Shown one piece after another: positions 29,383-39,807 of a DNA stretch of 64,000 nucleotides (position 1 is its first letter; each line of letters starts with the position of its first letter). The stretch is from an uncultured Verrucomicrobiae bacterium (GTDB lineage Bacteria; Verrucomicrobiota; Verrucomicrobiia; Chthoniobacterales; UBA10450). The translations under genes and the position numbers were made by a program. The notes beneath the pieces are model-generated. The model saw only the letters and a list, made by a program, of their open reading frames with translations. It did no database searches and was not told the origin of the DNA. The stretch is from positions 320,001 through 384,000 of the forward strand of contig CAWDGJ010000003.1 in the NCBI GenBank assembly GCA_963801815.1, read 5' to 3'.

Positions 29383-30285
29383 TTAAGTATTCGATGCGTC
29401 GAAAATACTCTGTATGGATTTATCGAGCACGGCGTTAAACTCAGCATCAGATTGCTGGGCCGTCAGCGCTTCAACTAGCGCGCGGGAAAAGCTGGCGACT
29501 ACGCCATGCTGTCTGCGCAGACGATTGTTTGCTTCTTCTCGCGAATAGCCGCCGGAAAGGGCAACCACCCTTACAACCTTGGGATGTTTGACAAAGTCGG
29601 CGTAAAAGTCGTCCTGTTCCGGCAGCGTAAGCTTGAGCATAACGAACTGACCGGCTGGCAATTCGTTGAGCTTTTCAAGAATGGCTGTTTTGAGTAACTG
29701 CTCGGCTTTCGCCTTTTCCGGGCAGCGAATATCAACTTCGGGCTCGAGGATCGGCACGAAATCTGCCGAGATAATCTGTTCACCAATTTCGAACTGCTGG
29801 ATCGCGATCGCCTTGATCCCTGCTTCGTCGGCTTGTTTGATAACTGAACGCATCTTGGTTCCGAAGATGCGTTTCGCCCTGGCTTTATCGAGGAGCGCGC
29901 CCAACGCCGGCATGGGCTTCATCAACTGAACGCCGTCTTTCTCAGCGGCAAGGCCTTGATCCACTTTTAAAAATGGTACGACCCGTTTCACGTTCCAAAG
30001 ATAGTCCGCGGTGGGTTGCCCTTCGATTTCCCTATCCATCGTGTTCTCGAACAGAATGGCACCGATAATTCGTTTCCCCGTGAAAGCGGGACTAGTCATG
30101 ATACGGGTCCGCATCTGATGCACGATGGTGAACATCTCTTCATCGCTGGACCACGTATTCTCTTGAATCCCATAAAGACGCAGGGCTTTCGGCGTGCTGC
30201 CGCCGCTTTGATCCAGCGCCGCAACAAAACCCGGACTGGTCTTAATTTTTTGCAATTGTTCTTCGTTAACAGCGATAGATTTCAT
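29383..30285 (-). CDS. Fructose-bisphosphate aldolase, class I (bacterial type)
   Basis: [57 protein letters not shown]. Confidence 0.93.
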   Translation of the reverse strand: MKSIAVNEEQLQKIKTSPGFVAALDQSGGSTPKALRLYGIQENTWSSDEEMFTIVHQMRTRIMTSPAFTGKRIIGAILFENTMDREIEGQPTADYLWNVKRVVPFLKVDQGLAAEKDGVQLMKPMPALGALLDKARAKRIFGTKMRSVIKQADEAGIKAIAIQQFEIGEQIISADFVPILEPEVDIRCPEKAKAEQLLKTAILEKLNELPAGQFVMLKLTLPEQDDFYADFVKHPKVVRVVALSGGYSREEANNRLRRQHGVVASFSRALVEALTAQQSDAEFNAVLDKSIQSIFDASNT

Positions 30286-30426
30286 GATGTCTCCTTCAAT
30301 TGCCGAAGGTAATTAGTTTAATCAAGTTATTGGTGCCGTCCCGATGGCGAACTTCTTGTAACCGATTTGGATTTCGGTTGGCCGAAGCCTCAAATCGCGA
30401 GAGGCAAATCGCAACTCGAAAATTTC

Positions 30427-32433
30427 CTACTCGGTATTTCCGCCGCTGGTTGGCAACACCACACTGACCAGGGTCCCCTTGGACGTCGAATCGACTTCAA
30501 CCCGGCCATGATGGTCAAACACTGTTCGCTTGACGATTGGCAAGCCTAGGCCCATTCCCCGGGGCTTCGTGGTGCAGAACGGCGAGAAAATTTTCTCTTT
30601 AATTTCGGGTGCGATCCCTCGGCCATTGTCTCGAACCGTTACAACGACCCCGGCGGCTTGCCGGCCTTCCCGGACCGGCTTAGCGGAAAGCAGAATTCGC
30701 GGCTTGGTCCGATCGACACTGGCTTCGGCTGCGTTGGCTACCAGGTGAGCGAAGGCCTCCGCCAGGGCGGTTTCGTCCCCAAGTACGCGCGGCAGATCGT
30801 GAGGCAACGATGTTTCGATCTCCACCTTGCCGTTGACCCCAAAGCGGCCACGAGCGATTTCCAATCCTTTCTTCACCGGCGCGCGAACGTCGATCGACTT
30901 CAACACGAGTTCCGGCGGATGCGCGAAGTTGTTGATTTGGGTGATAATTTTGTCCAGTCGATCGATCTCCTGGACGACGATCTTGTTGAATTCCTTGCGA
31001 AACTCGGGGTCATCAAAGCGCTCGGGGAGCAGTTGAGCGAAAGTCTTGATCGCGACAAGTGGATTACGAATTTCATGGGACATGCTCGCAGCCAGATCGG
31101 TCCAAAATACTGCGCGATCGACCAAGGCCTGTTTTTCCCGCAGCGTTTCTTGGGCCGTAAGGTCATTGATGACCGCAACGGCCCCGAGGGCGGACCCGTT
31201 GCTCGCAAGACGCAATGCTTCGACCGATAGAGACCGTCGATTATTACTGTCGATCCAATGTTGTGTCGGCGGCGGCGCTTTAGATTCGAGTGCTTCGCGG
31301 AGCAAACCGGCAAGCTTATTGTTGATTCTTTCAATTGGTTGGTTGACCACTTCGGCGCTGGAAAAGCCAAGCATTTTTTCCGCGCGTGGGTTGAACCATC
31401 GAACCGTAGCATCGGTGTCGACGGCAACAATTCCCGGCGGAATGGATTTCAGCAGCGTTTCGGCCAATGTTTTTTCCATCGCCGCTTCCCCGTAAAGGAG
31501 AGCATTTTCTAAAATCGTCGACACGTGCTCGGATAGCAGCGTCAATTCTTCGAGATCGCGGTCATCGAAAGGTTGCCCGGTCACGCGATGTCCGAAAAAG
31601 ATCCAACCGATGATGCCGTCACGAGCATGGAGTGGCACGATGACTTCCGCGCCGAAGGTCTCGAGTGCCCGCCGCATCATGGCTCGCTGGTGCTGACCTT
31701 GCGCTTGAAAAAGATGTATGCGCGAAATCAAATGTGCATTTAGCTGAAACCAGCGCACTAACGCATCGCGATCGGCGACTTCCAGTTGGCTTGTCTCCGG
31801 CAAACAACGAAGACCCGCCACGAGGCGGTATGGCTCGCCTTTGCGAGTCCGCAAGAAAAGTCCAACCCGGCTTACCCCGGCGGCGTCGGCGACGGCTTCG
31901 ACGATCGCGGTGACTAGCGCGTTCATGTCGTCCAAGCGGCGAAGCACGCGCGGGAAGCGCAGGAGTGGCAGCGTCCTTCCGGAATCCATTGTCGACCGCA
32001 CCCGTTCGCTCTGGGGAAAGCGCTCAGTAGTTATCGTCGACGTTTCGCGAAGATCGAGGTTTTCCAGCAAGAGCTTTTGATAGGCGAACGCGCGTTCCAG
32101 CATGGACTGAAAACGCCGTCGTTCCAATCCGAGCTCTTCCACCGCATAAATTCCGAGCTGTTCAACCTCGCGAAGCGGCTCCGATTGAGCAACGCCGAGT
32201 GCGATGATCAGGACGTCGGGTTGTTCCTGGTGGATTTGCTCGAGTAATTCGCGGCATTCTTTTGCCCGCAAATCCATCATCAGCACCGCCGGCCCCATTT
32301 GTTGAAGGACTGGTTCAAGACGCCCGGGATCGGCGACGTGGTGCAATTGCGCAGATGTGCGCAGGAACGCTTTCGCTCTGCGAAGCAAGTCCGCATCCTG
32401 AGTATATAAAATGGAAACCGGCGTTGACTTCAT
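30427..32433 (-). CDS. Soluble sensor histidine kinase (degenerate receiver-like, GAF, PAS, HisKA, HATPase)
   Basis: [11 protein letters not shown]-box, DNGRGI, FSPF, GMGLGL; GAF segment ([17 protein letters not shown]); overlaps the upstream kinase by ATGA. Confidence 0.9.
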   Translation of the reverse strand: MKSTPVSILYTQDADLLRRAKAFLRTSAQLHHVADPGRLEPVLQQMGPAVLMMDLRAKECRELLEQIHQEQPDVLIIALGVAQSEPLREVEQLGIYAVEELGLERRRFQSMLERAFAYQKLLLENLDLRETSTITTERFPQSERVRSTMDSGRTLPLLRFPRVLRRLDDMNALVTAIVEAVADAAGVSRVGLFLRTRKGEPYRLVAGLRCLPETSQLEVADRDALVRWFQLNAHLISRIHLFQAQGQHQRAMMRRALETFGAEVIVPLHARDGIIGWIFFGHRVTGQPFDDRDLEELTLLSEHVSTILENALLYGEAAMEKTLAETLLKSIPPGIVAVDTDATVRWFNPRAEKMLGFSSAEVVNQPIERINNKLAGLLREALESKAPPPTQHWIDSNNRRSLSVEALRLASNGSALGAVAVINDLTAQETLREKQALVDRAVFWTDLAASMSHEIRNPLVAIKTFAQLLPERFDDPEFRKEFNKIVVQEIDRLDKIITQINNFAHPPELVLKSIDVRAPVKKGLEIARGRFGVNGKVEIETSLPHDLPRVLGDETALAEAFAHLVANAAEASVDRTKPRILLSAKPVREGRQAAGVVVTVRDNGRGIAPEIKEKIFSPFCTTKPRGMGLGLPIVKRTVFDHHGRVEVDSTSKGTLVSVVLPTSGGNTE

Positions 32434-34952
32434 GCGGCGGCCACCTTGTTATCGGACCGCACTAACGGCAGCAAAATATGGAATACCGTTCCCTTATGCA
32501 GTTCGCTCTCAACCTCAATTTGGCCCCCATGTTCCTGAACGATTCCGTGAACGACCGATAGTCCCAGTCCGGTGCCGTAGTCCTTGGTCGTAAAGAACGG
32601 ATCAAACACGTGTGGAATATCTTCGGGTTTGATTCCTTCGCCCGTGTCACGAATGCTGATGAGCAAAGCTTCAGGCGCGTGGCCGTTGCTTGCACCGTTA
32701 GGGTAAACGCTGGCATTAACCCATTGTTCGCCGGAGCGGATCTCGGTCTTTACCGTCAATTCACCTTGGGTCTTCATTGCATCCATCGCGTTTAGGAAAA
32801 AGTTTAGGAAGACTTGTTCCAGTTGGTCCGGATCGCCACGAATTGTGTCTACATCAGCCTGCCACGCACGCTGCAATTTAATGTCTTTCTGATAGAGCCG
32901 GTGGCCGACAAGCGTCAGCGCTTTCTCCAAGATCTCGTGCGCGTGAAGTGGTTTTAGAATCGGCTTCGCCGGCCTCGCGAATCGAAGTAACTGGTTCACC
33001 AGCGAGTCGATGCGGTCGATTTCATGGCCGATCAAATTCGAGAACGTGTCGCGAAAATCCGAATCCTGGTAACGCTCCGGCAGAAGTTGGGCGAACGTTT
33101 TAAGCGAAACGAGAGGGTTCTTAATTTCGTGCGCCATGCCCGCGGAAAGTGTTCCGAGACTGGCAAGACGATCGCTGCGCCGGATTTGGAGTTCCAGACG
33201 CTTGATCGCGGTAACATCGGTCAACACCATGAGCGCGCCGAGCACTTGTCGATCCTGGCCGTGGAAAATCGACGTGCTCGCGCGAATGATTACATCGGCA
33301 CTACCAGCGTGCAGCATGATTTCACAGTCTTGCTGGCTCTCCCCTGTGCGGAGCGTCGTAATCAGGGGCTCCGCCAGATCAAATGGCAAAGCATCTATCG
33401 AGCATTCAAGCATTTCCTCGGAATCCAGTCCGGTGATATGTCCGGCTTCGTTATTGAAAACAGTGATCTTTCCATCCGTCCCGGAGGCGATTACACCGCT
33501 GGTCAGATTTTGGAGCAACGTTTCATTATAGATCTTGGCGTTCTGGACCTCGGTGAAAAGTTCGGCGTTTTCGATGGCTACGGCTAGTTGTCCAGACAAG
33601 ACTTGAAGCGCGCCTTGTTCGACCCCGCCGTAGATCCGGCCTGATTTTCGAGCCCCGAGAAGCAAAACTCCCGCAAGGTGATCACGTGAGAAAATTCCCA
33701 TCGCCAACGCGATCTGCAGGGCATCCAATTGTCGCATCACCCGCTGGAGCTGCGGCGTTGGGCGCGCGCGATGCAACTCATCGAGCACAATCGGTTCACG
33801 GTTTGCTTCGAGCTGGGCAATTGTTGCCTGGTCGCGAGTCAATTCCAGGAACTGGCGCGAACCCGGCTCAACGGGCGGGTAGTGTTGCGAGAATCCCTGC
33901 TTTGTCGGCAAAAGGATCATAACGCGCTCTGTACCGACAGCGTCGGCCACCGTGTGTGCAAAACGGTCGAGCAAGTCGCGCAAAGTGGCGACCGAAGCCA
34001 GAATTTTTGCTGCCTTACTCACGGTCGTGCGAAAATCGAGTTGATGGGAACCGATGAACATCCGTTCTGCCAGGCGTTGAGATATTCCCCGCGCCGGCGC
34101 CATGGCAAATGCGATTACGACTGCGGCAACCACGTGCGCGATTGAATGGGCATTCGCAGTGGAAGACAGCAGCGCAGTTGAAACGAGCCACCAGATAACC
34201 GCATAAAGGGCGATCAGGTACGTTGCGAGAACTGCATACGAGATTACGCGGCGAAGCAAGACGCTTACGTCCATTATTCTTCGCGTGGCGATTCCATAGG
34301 ATATAATCAAACTGAAAAGCGCGGTTCGTGACGGTGCCAGCCAAACGAGCCGCGATTTATCGACGAACAAGCCAAGGGTGAACGACAACGCGGCGCTACC
34401 GACTGCGACGATCACGCCAATCAAGATGAACGAAAGCTCGGTCCTTGTTCCTGCGGACGCGCGTCTCGTGTCCATGACGTAGGCGACGATCACGACTGCA
34501 CCCGCAGTGAAAAACCAGGCAAAATAAAGGGTTCCGTAATGTCCGTACTGTGGCAGTAGCACTCCTGTCGAAGTCGACAACTCGATTCCCTGGACAAAAA
34601 AGCGTGTCTGGCAGAACACCGTCACGACCGCGCCCATAATCAGCCACGGGATGTTTAGACCAGTAATTTCCTGCCAACTCAGATGTTGCTTTGTTAGAGC
34701 GACCCGAAGAAAATTTAATGCAATTAAAGTTAACGCCGCGAAGACTGAGGCTTCACGAATGGCGATCTCGCCGATTCGCATATTCGTCGTTGTAACTGCA
34801 AAATAGAGACACCCTAACCAACCTGCGGTAATTGCCGACAAAAGCAGAAAAGCTTGATTGGCTTTTCGGTGCCAGTTTGATTGAAAAACAATCACGCCTA
34901 GCAAGAATTGAATGCTGAGCGCGATGGCAATTGGAAAAGTTGCTTCGTTCAT
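32430..34952 (-). CDS. Multi-TM sensor histidine kinase (membrane domain, GAF, PAS, HisKA, HATPase)
   Basis: About 280-aa hydrophobic N-terminus, AHEIKNPL, QVFLN, DTGEGI, FDPFFTTK, GTGLGL. Confidence 0.92.
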   Translation of the reverse strand: MNEATFPIAIALSIQFLLGVIVFQSNWHRKANQAFLLLSAITAGWLGCLYFAVTTTNMRIGEIAIREASVFAALTLIALNFLRVALTKQHLSWQEITGLNIPWLIMGAVVTVFCQTRFFVQGIELSTSTGVLLPQYGHYGTLYFAWFFTAGAVVIVAYVMDTRRASAGTRTELSFILIGVIVAVGSAALSFTLGLFVDKSRLVWLAPSRTALFSLIISYGIATRRIMDVSVLLRRVISYAVLATYLIALYAVIWWLVSTALLSSTANAHSIAHVVAAVVIAFAMAPARGISQRLAERMFIGSHQLDFRTTVSKAAKILASVATLRDLLDRFAHTVADAVGTERVMILLPTKQGFSQHYPPVEPGSRQFLELTRDQATIAQLEANREPIVLDELHRARPTPQLQRVMRQLDALQIALAMGIFSRDHLAGVLLLGARKSGRIYGGVEQGALQVLSGQLAVAIENAELFTEVQNAKIYNETLLQNLTSGVIASGTDGKITVFNNEAGHITGLDSEEMLECSIDALPFDLAEPLITTLRTGESQQDCEIMLHAGSADVIIRASTSIFHGQDRQVLGALMVLTDVTAIKRLELQIRRSDRLASLGTLSAGMAHEIKNPLVSLKTFAQLLPERYQDSDFRDTFSNLIGHEIDRIDSLVNQLLRFARPAKPILKPLHAHEILEKALTLVGHRLYQKDIKLQRAWQADVDTIRGDPDQLEQVFLNFFLNAMDAMKTQGELTVKTEIRSGEQWVNASVYPNGASNGHAPEALLISIRDTGEGIKPEDIPHVFDPFFTTKDYGTGLGLSVVHGIVQEHGGQIEVESELHKGTVFHILLPLVRSDNKVAAA

Positions 34953-36190
34953 TGCGCTGTAAGCCGATCAACAACCAATGAGCTCGCACTCCCGCCCAAA
35001 CCGCGAACATTCATTAGAATGCAGTTCAGTTTCGCTTTCCGGGCGCGCAGTGGCACAAAATCCAAATCGCACTCCGGATCCGGCAAATCACAATTCGCTG
35101 TCGGCGCGATAATTTGATCGCGGAAACTTAGGGCGCACGCCGCCAATTGCAATGGGCCGGCTGCCGCCAGAGGATTTCCTGTAACGCCTTTGATTGAGCT
35201 GATAGGAATCGAGTAAGCGCGTTCGCCAAATACTTCCTTGATATAGCGTACTTCTGCAGCGTCAAGAAGCGGGTGACCGGGGCCATACGCGGAAATATAA
35301 TCGATGTCCCGCTCAGAGCGGCTCGCGTTAGCTAGGGAGAGCCGCATTGAATCTACTAGTCCGGATCCGGGATATTCGGGAGCTCGGTCGCGCTGGGTCG
35401 CGTAGCCGCTGATTTCGAGATAAATCTGTGCTCCTCGAGCCAGTGCGCGGTCGTAATTTTCAAGAACAAACATTCCCGCGCCTTCCGAGATTACTCCGGA
35501 ATCGCGTTCGACATCGAACGGGCGGCTCGCTTTCTCCGGTTCGCCGTTGCGAAATGAACTCAATCCGGTTGCCACAAAACTTGCCATGCCATGCCTGGTC
35601 AGAGGCGCGTCGGCACCGCCAGCAATTGCGAGTTCCGCTGCGCCCGAACGGATCATGGTCGCCGCCAGCGCTACTGCGTCTAAACCAGAGGGGCACGCCG
35701 AGGAAACAGTCGCTGCGCGAGCTCGAGTCCCAATTCGATCGGCGATGACATTGGCTGCGGCCTGGGGTTTGGAGGCCGCGAGCGCGGTAGGAGCGATGGC
35801 GTCAATTCCGCGATTGTCCGAAACGCGATAAACATTTTCGATGACATCCAAAGCGCTCGTACTTACACCCACAACTACTGGAGTCGGACTTGGCAAACTT
35901 GCCTCGCCAATTTCTAGCCTGGCATCTTCAAGCGCCATCATAGTGGCGGCGTAAGCAAACTGTGTATGCCGCGCCATGCGTTTCGGTTTCAGCTCCGGTT
36001 CGATATAATCCAGTGGATCGAAATTCTTTACTTCGCCGGCAATTCGGCTCTTTAGGTCGCTCGCATCAAAAAGCGTGATCGGTCCAATGCCGCTGCGGCC
36101 TTTCAAAAGCGAATCCCAGAATTCGTTCAAGCCGATGCCATTCGGTGCCACGATTCCCATTCCAGTAATAACAATACGATTCCGTCTCAT
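34949..36190 (-). CDS. FabF-like beta-ketoacyl synthase with atypical active site
   Basis: IVITGMGIVAP, SRIAGEV, SSACPSG (Cys), ASRPFD..RDSGVISEGAG; canonical NAHGT reads SAYGP and TGH reads TGN. Confidence 0.88.
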   Translation of the reverse strand: MRRNRIVITGMGIVAPNGIGLNEFWDSLLKGRSGIGPITLFDASDLKSRIAGEVKNFDPLDYIEPELKPKRMARHTQFAYAATMMALEDARLEIGEASLPSPTPVVVGVSTSALDVIENVYRVSDNRGIDAIAPTALAASKPQAAANVIADRIGTRARAATVSSACPSGLDAVALAATMIRSGAAELAIAGGADAPLTRHGMASFVATGLSSFRNGEPEKASRPFDVERDSGVISEGAGMFVLENYDRALARGAQIYLEISGYATQRDRAPEYPGSGLVDSMRLSLANASRSERDIDYISAYGPGHPLLDAAEVRYIKEVFGERAYSIPISSIKGVTGNPLAAAGPLQLAACALSFRDQIIAPTANCDLPDPECDLDFVPLRARKAKLNCILMNVRGLGGSASSLVVDRLTAQ

Positions 36191-36405
36191 GGGGTTTGCG
36201 ATTGCGGACGGGGAAATTGAGCGATAGGGAAAACTCGACAGTTTCCCGCCGTGAGATCTGGAAAGTGGGCGGTTAAGGGATTGTCGATGGGATCTGCCAC
36301 GAACGAATCACAGGGCATTCTAAACGCTACATTGGCTCCAGTCATTATATTTTTTGCGCGCCAAAGTCGAAATTATCCACCAAAGGCGGCAACTTATTCA
36401 CAAGT

Positions 36406-36421
36406 TGCACCTTGCATGCCA
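36406..36421 (-). promoter_or_regulatory. Putative sigma54 -24/-12 promoter facing the ketosynthase operon
   Basis: Minus strand TGGCATGCAAGGTGCA = GG-N10-GC, close to the TGGCAC-N5-TTGC consensus. Confidence 0.4.
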
Positions 36422-36533
36422 CGGATTTTTAACCTAAACGTTCGCCGGCGAATCAAGATGAGTTGCCGAATATTTTTGCGCCAAGCGCCTCTGCGCGGCA
36501 TGACCCTAGCTTCTAAGCCCGCTGACGCACACC

Positions 36534-37679
36534 ATGACCACTAGTCCCGAACTGCCCCAAATTCTGGTCATCGATGACGAAATGGGACCGCGCGAAAGCT
36601 TGCGCATGCTCCTGAAACCAAATTATCAGGTCCATACGGCCGACTGCGTCGAAGCCGGCATTAAGTTACTCAAGGAGAAGAACCCTGATACTATCGTCAT
36701 GGATATACGAATGCCGGGCGTCAGCGGGATTGAAGGTTTGCGCCAGATTCGCGAAATCGATCCGCATCTTTCAGTTATCATGCTGACCGGCTTTGGGGCG
36801 CTCGATACCGCCAAAGAGGCGCTCCGGCTTGGCGCTAACGATTATATCAGCAAACCATTTGATGCCCATGAAATGCAGCAGGTGATCGATCGTAACGTCG
36901 AGCGCACACGTGCACACCGGACGAGCGAATACGCTGCCGCTGAGATCAAGGAATTGAATAATCGTCTGCTCCAACAGCTCGCTCAGAAAGAGCGCCTTGC
37001 GTCGCTCGGCCAGGCCTCCGCGGAATTCGTTCATGATCTCGGGAACCCACTCACAATTGTCTGGGGTTACGTTCAATTGCTCGCTAAACGCCTCGAAAAA
37101 TCTGAAAATGGGCAACAGGACGCTTCTTCGGCGAAGGAGCTGAACATTATCGAGCAAAACGTCCGACTTTGCCGTGAGCTGCTCACCATGTGGCAGAGTT
37201 ACGGAAACGTGGAAGCCTCTCCGCCAAAATTGATTTCCGTGTCCGGTATTGTCCGCGATGTGTTGAAAGGGATTGCACCAATGGCGAGCGAGAATGGCGT
37301 CGAACTGAAATCGACCATTTGCGAAGACGCCTGCACGTTGTTGGGAGACGCTTTGCAAATTAACCGCGCGATCCAAAACGTCGTCGTCAACGCCGTTCAA
37401 GCATCGATTGAAAAGAAGGGTACGGTCACGGTCACGTGCGCTCAAAAAGATTTTTATGTCGATCTTCGCGTTGAAGACACTGGCGCCGGCATTCATCCGG
37501 CGCAGTTGAATAGAATTTTCGATCCATATTTCACAACCAAACAAGCCAAGAGCGGCACCGGTCTCGGTCTCTACATCACCAAGAAAGTTGTTGAGGACCA
37601 TAGTGGTTCGATCAAGGTCGAGAGCACGTCCGGGGTCGGCACCGTGTTCACGATTCGTCTACCGCTGCACACAAGCTGA
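36534..37679 (+). CDS. Hybrid response regulator-histidine kinase (REC-HisKA-HATPase)
   Basis: LVIDDE, MDIRMPGVSG, YISKPF; FVHDLGNPL, DTGAGI, FDPYFTTK, GTGLGL. Confidence 0.92.
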   Translation: MTTSPELPQILVIDDEMGPRESLRMLLKPNYQVHTADCVEAGIKLLKEKNPDTIVMDIRMPGVSGIEGLRQIREIDPHLSVIMLTGFGALDTAKEALRLGANDYISKPFDAHEMQQVIDRNVERTRAHRTSEYAAAEIKELNNRLLQQLAQKERLASLGQASAEFVHDLGNPLTIVWGYVQLLAKRLEKSENGQQDASSAKELNIIEQNVRLCRELLTMWQSYGNVEASPPKLISVSGIVRDVLKGIAPMASENGVELKSTICEDACTLLGDALQINRAIQNVVVNAVQASIEKKGTVTVTCAQKDFYVDLRVEDTGAGIHPAQLNRIFDPYFTTKQAKSGTGLGLYITKKVVEDHSGSIKVESTSGVGTVFTIRLPLHTS

Positions 37680-37750
37680 TCTTCGCTTTCGTTGGGGCGC
37701 GTCCTTCATTTAAGAATTGTCAGGTTCGGCGCGTTTGGTTTTGCTGAGGC

Positions 37751-39807
37751 GTGTCGTATCGGGTCGCGCCAATTTTTCTGATTCGCCTGGCAGGCGCGCC
37801 GTTTGAAATTCTTGAGCATTTTGGAACCCCCGAGACGATCAACACCGTTCGCGGGCTGCTGCTCGCGCAACAAGAAATCGGGGGCGAGACTGTCCCGTCC
37901 CTGGGGATCGCGCTGCAACGTGAACTAGAAGCTTCGCGCAAATCCCTGTTTGACTCCGCGTGCACCATTCTACCTCGATATTTGATTTTCAGTTTAGGGG
38001 AAATGCGCAACCGTATTGCTTCATTATCCAAAGGCAGCCGTGGAATCGGGTCGCGGAATTCGCGAACCCGCGAGCGTGAAAGGCACGTCTTACTTTATCT
38101 TCAACGCATCGCGGCCAAGAACGACACCTTCAGTGAATTCGGACCTTCAGGGTGGGGAACGATGGCAGAGAGATTTTCTGGCTTACGGCTCGCGCCGGAA
38201 TCTGGAATCGCTGAGCGGGAGGCATTTCTTGAGCGCTGGACGGCTCACGCCATTGCCGCTGCTATCAACGCGGACCCAGAGAATTCAAATTCCAGGCTGA
38301 TAGTGCCAGCATTGGAGCCTCATGCGGTCGAAATTTTACTCAAGGATGTGAGAGATTGGCCAACCAGCCCTGCTCGTGATAAGTGGCTGCCGATTTTGCA
38401 AGGTTTGATCGAGATTCCGTCCAAATTTATCACAGCTGTTAAATCGGAGACGCGACAATCGATTTCGGACGAAACGCGAACGCGATTGAAGTCAATCGGA
38501 GCCCAACCAAAACCAACCGATCGTTATCTCTACGCTGCGACTAATCCGATTTGCGAAGAATGTTTTCGTAAGTGTCATTTCGAGATCAACCAAGGTTTGA
38601 TCGACGAGGTCGCAGTTCAGGCGGAGCCGTGGATTGATCTCTGGCGCGACAACTACGCATTCGTGGCTTCGCGGGTTGCGGCCGGTTTGCGGGGTGTCAT
38701 CGAAAAAGCGGGTGCAAAAGGTGGAGCGATTCCATTGCCGGCGTTTCTGCAGGCGTGCGAAGCAGTAAAGTTACCACTTACCGGGCCAGGACTAGTGGCG
38801 CTTGCGGTGATGGCCTTTCAGGAAGTGAAAGCTGCTTTTCGAGAACGTTTGCAACCGCACTCCGATCTTAACGAGTACGAACTCACGACGGAGGACTGTC
38901 ACATCGTCCGTGACAACTTCGAATATCCGAAGTTCGACGAATACACTTTTCCATCGGCTGATTTGCAATTGGCCGCGGCGTCGACGGCTGCGGTCGCGCG
39001 CGGCGATTATCAATGGATTTTGGCTGAGCTTCACGCTCCGGTGGCCGTCACTCTCATCATTGCATGTATTGGAGTTGTCCAGACAAGCCTGCGCTTGGTC
39101 GCGCGCTAGCGAGCACGGCTTTTGGTCTTCCCAATTTTCATTTTGGCTTTTTCGCCGCGGATTTCACGGCTCACACAACCGTCCGTATTTTCGATGCGAT
39201 GCCGCAACTCACAAACTTCGTTGCGCCCCAGCGAGCAAATCCAAAATGGAGAAAGGTGTCGCCCTCGGATGCAGAAGTATATATCGACACCGTATCGGGC
39301 GATGTTTGTGTGCGCAAAATTGACAACCATGAGTATCTGGGGTCGTTCGCTCGTGCCTGGCTCATTCCGCTGGGTTTTCATCCGTTTCAATTTAGTCTCG
39401 GATCGCACACGCCGCGGTTGCGATGCGGTAAAGTCATCGTGCAGCGACGCGCTTGGACGGTCACAACCGACGATTTGATGCCAGGAAATTACACCGGCGT
39501 ATCGAGTCATCTGGTTGTTGCTGTCGAAAAATTACGGGCCGCAAAAGATTTGCCTCGCTTTGTTTACATTCGCCCGACCGAACAAGCCCTTCGACGCACC
39601 GGCGCCGAAGGGCGGGACAAGGACACCAAACCGGTGTTCATCGATCTTGAGAGTTATTTGTTTCTCGAAATTTTTCACCGTTGGATCGTCAAAGCGGGCG
39701 AGATCGAGGTGACAGAGATGTTACCGACGCCTGATCAGTTGCTCTGGAAGGAAGCCGACGGTCGCCACACCTTTGAGCTGCGCACATTGATCGTTCCCCG
39801 TTCATGA
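37751..39807 (+). CDS. Stand-alone Lant_dehydr_N / PEARL-like peptide aminoacyl-tRNA ligase, split by one frameshift near 39050
   Basis: YLQRIAAKNDTFSEFGP, FLERW, PSADLQLAA, LAELH, PRLRCGKVIVQRRAW, KPVFIDLES, EMLPTPDQL, TFELR; no elimination domain. Confidence 0.75.

Noticed and set aside
34949..36190. Housekeeping fabF or type II PKS cluster
   Set aside because: Catalytic histidines are altered, and no acpP, fabG or chain-length-factor gene is adjacent.
37751..39807. Class I lanthipeptide cluster
   Set aside because: No elimination domain, LanC cyclase, Ser/Thr/Cys-rich precursor or exporter nearby.
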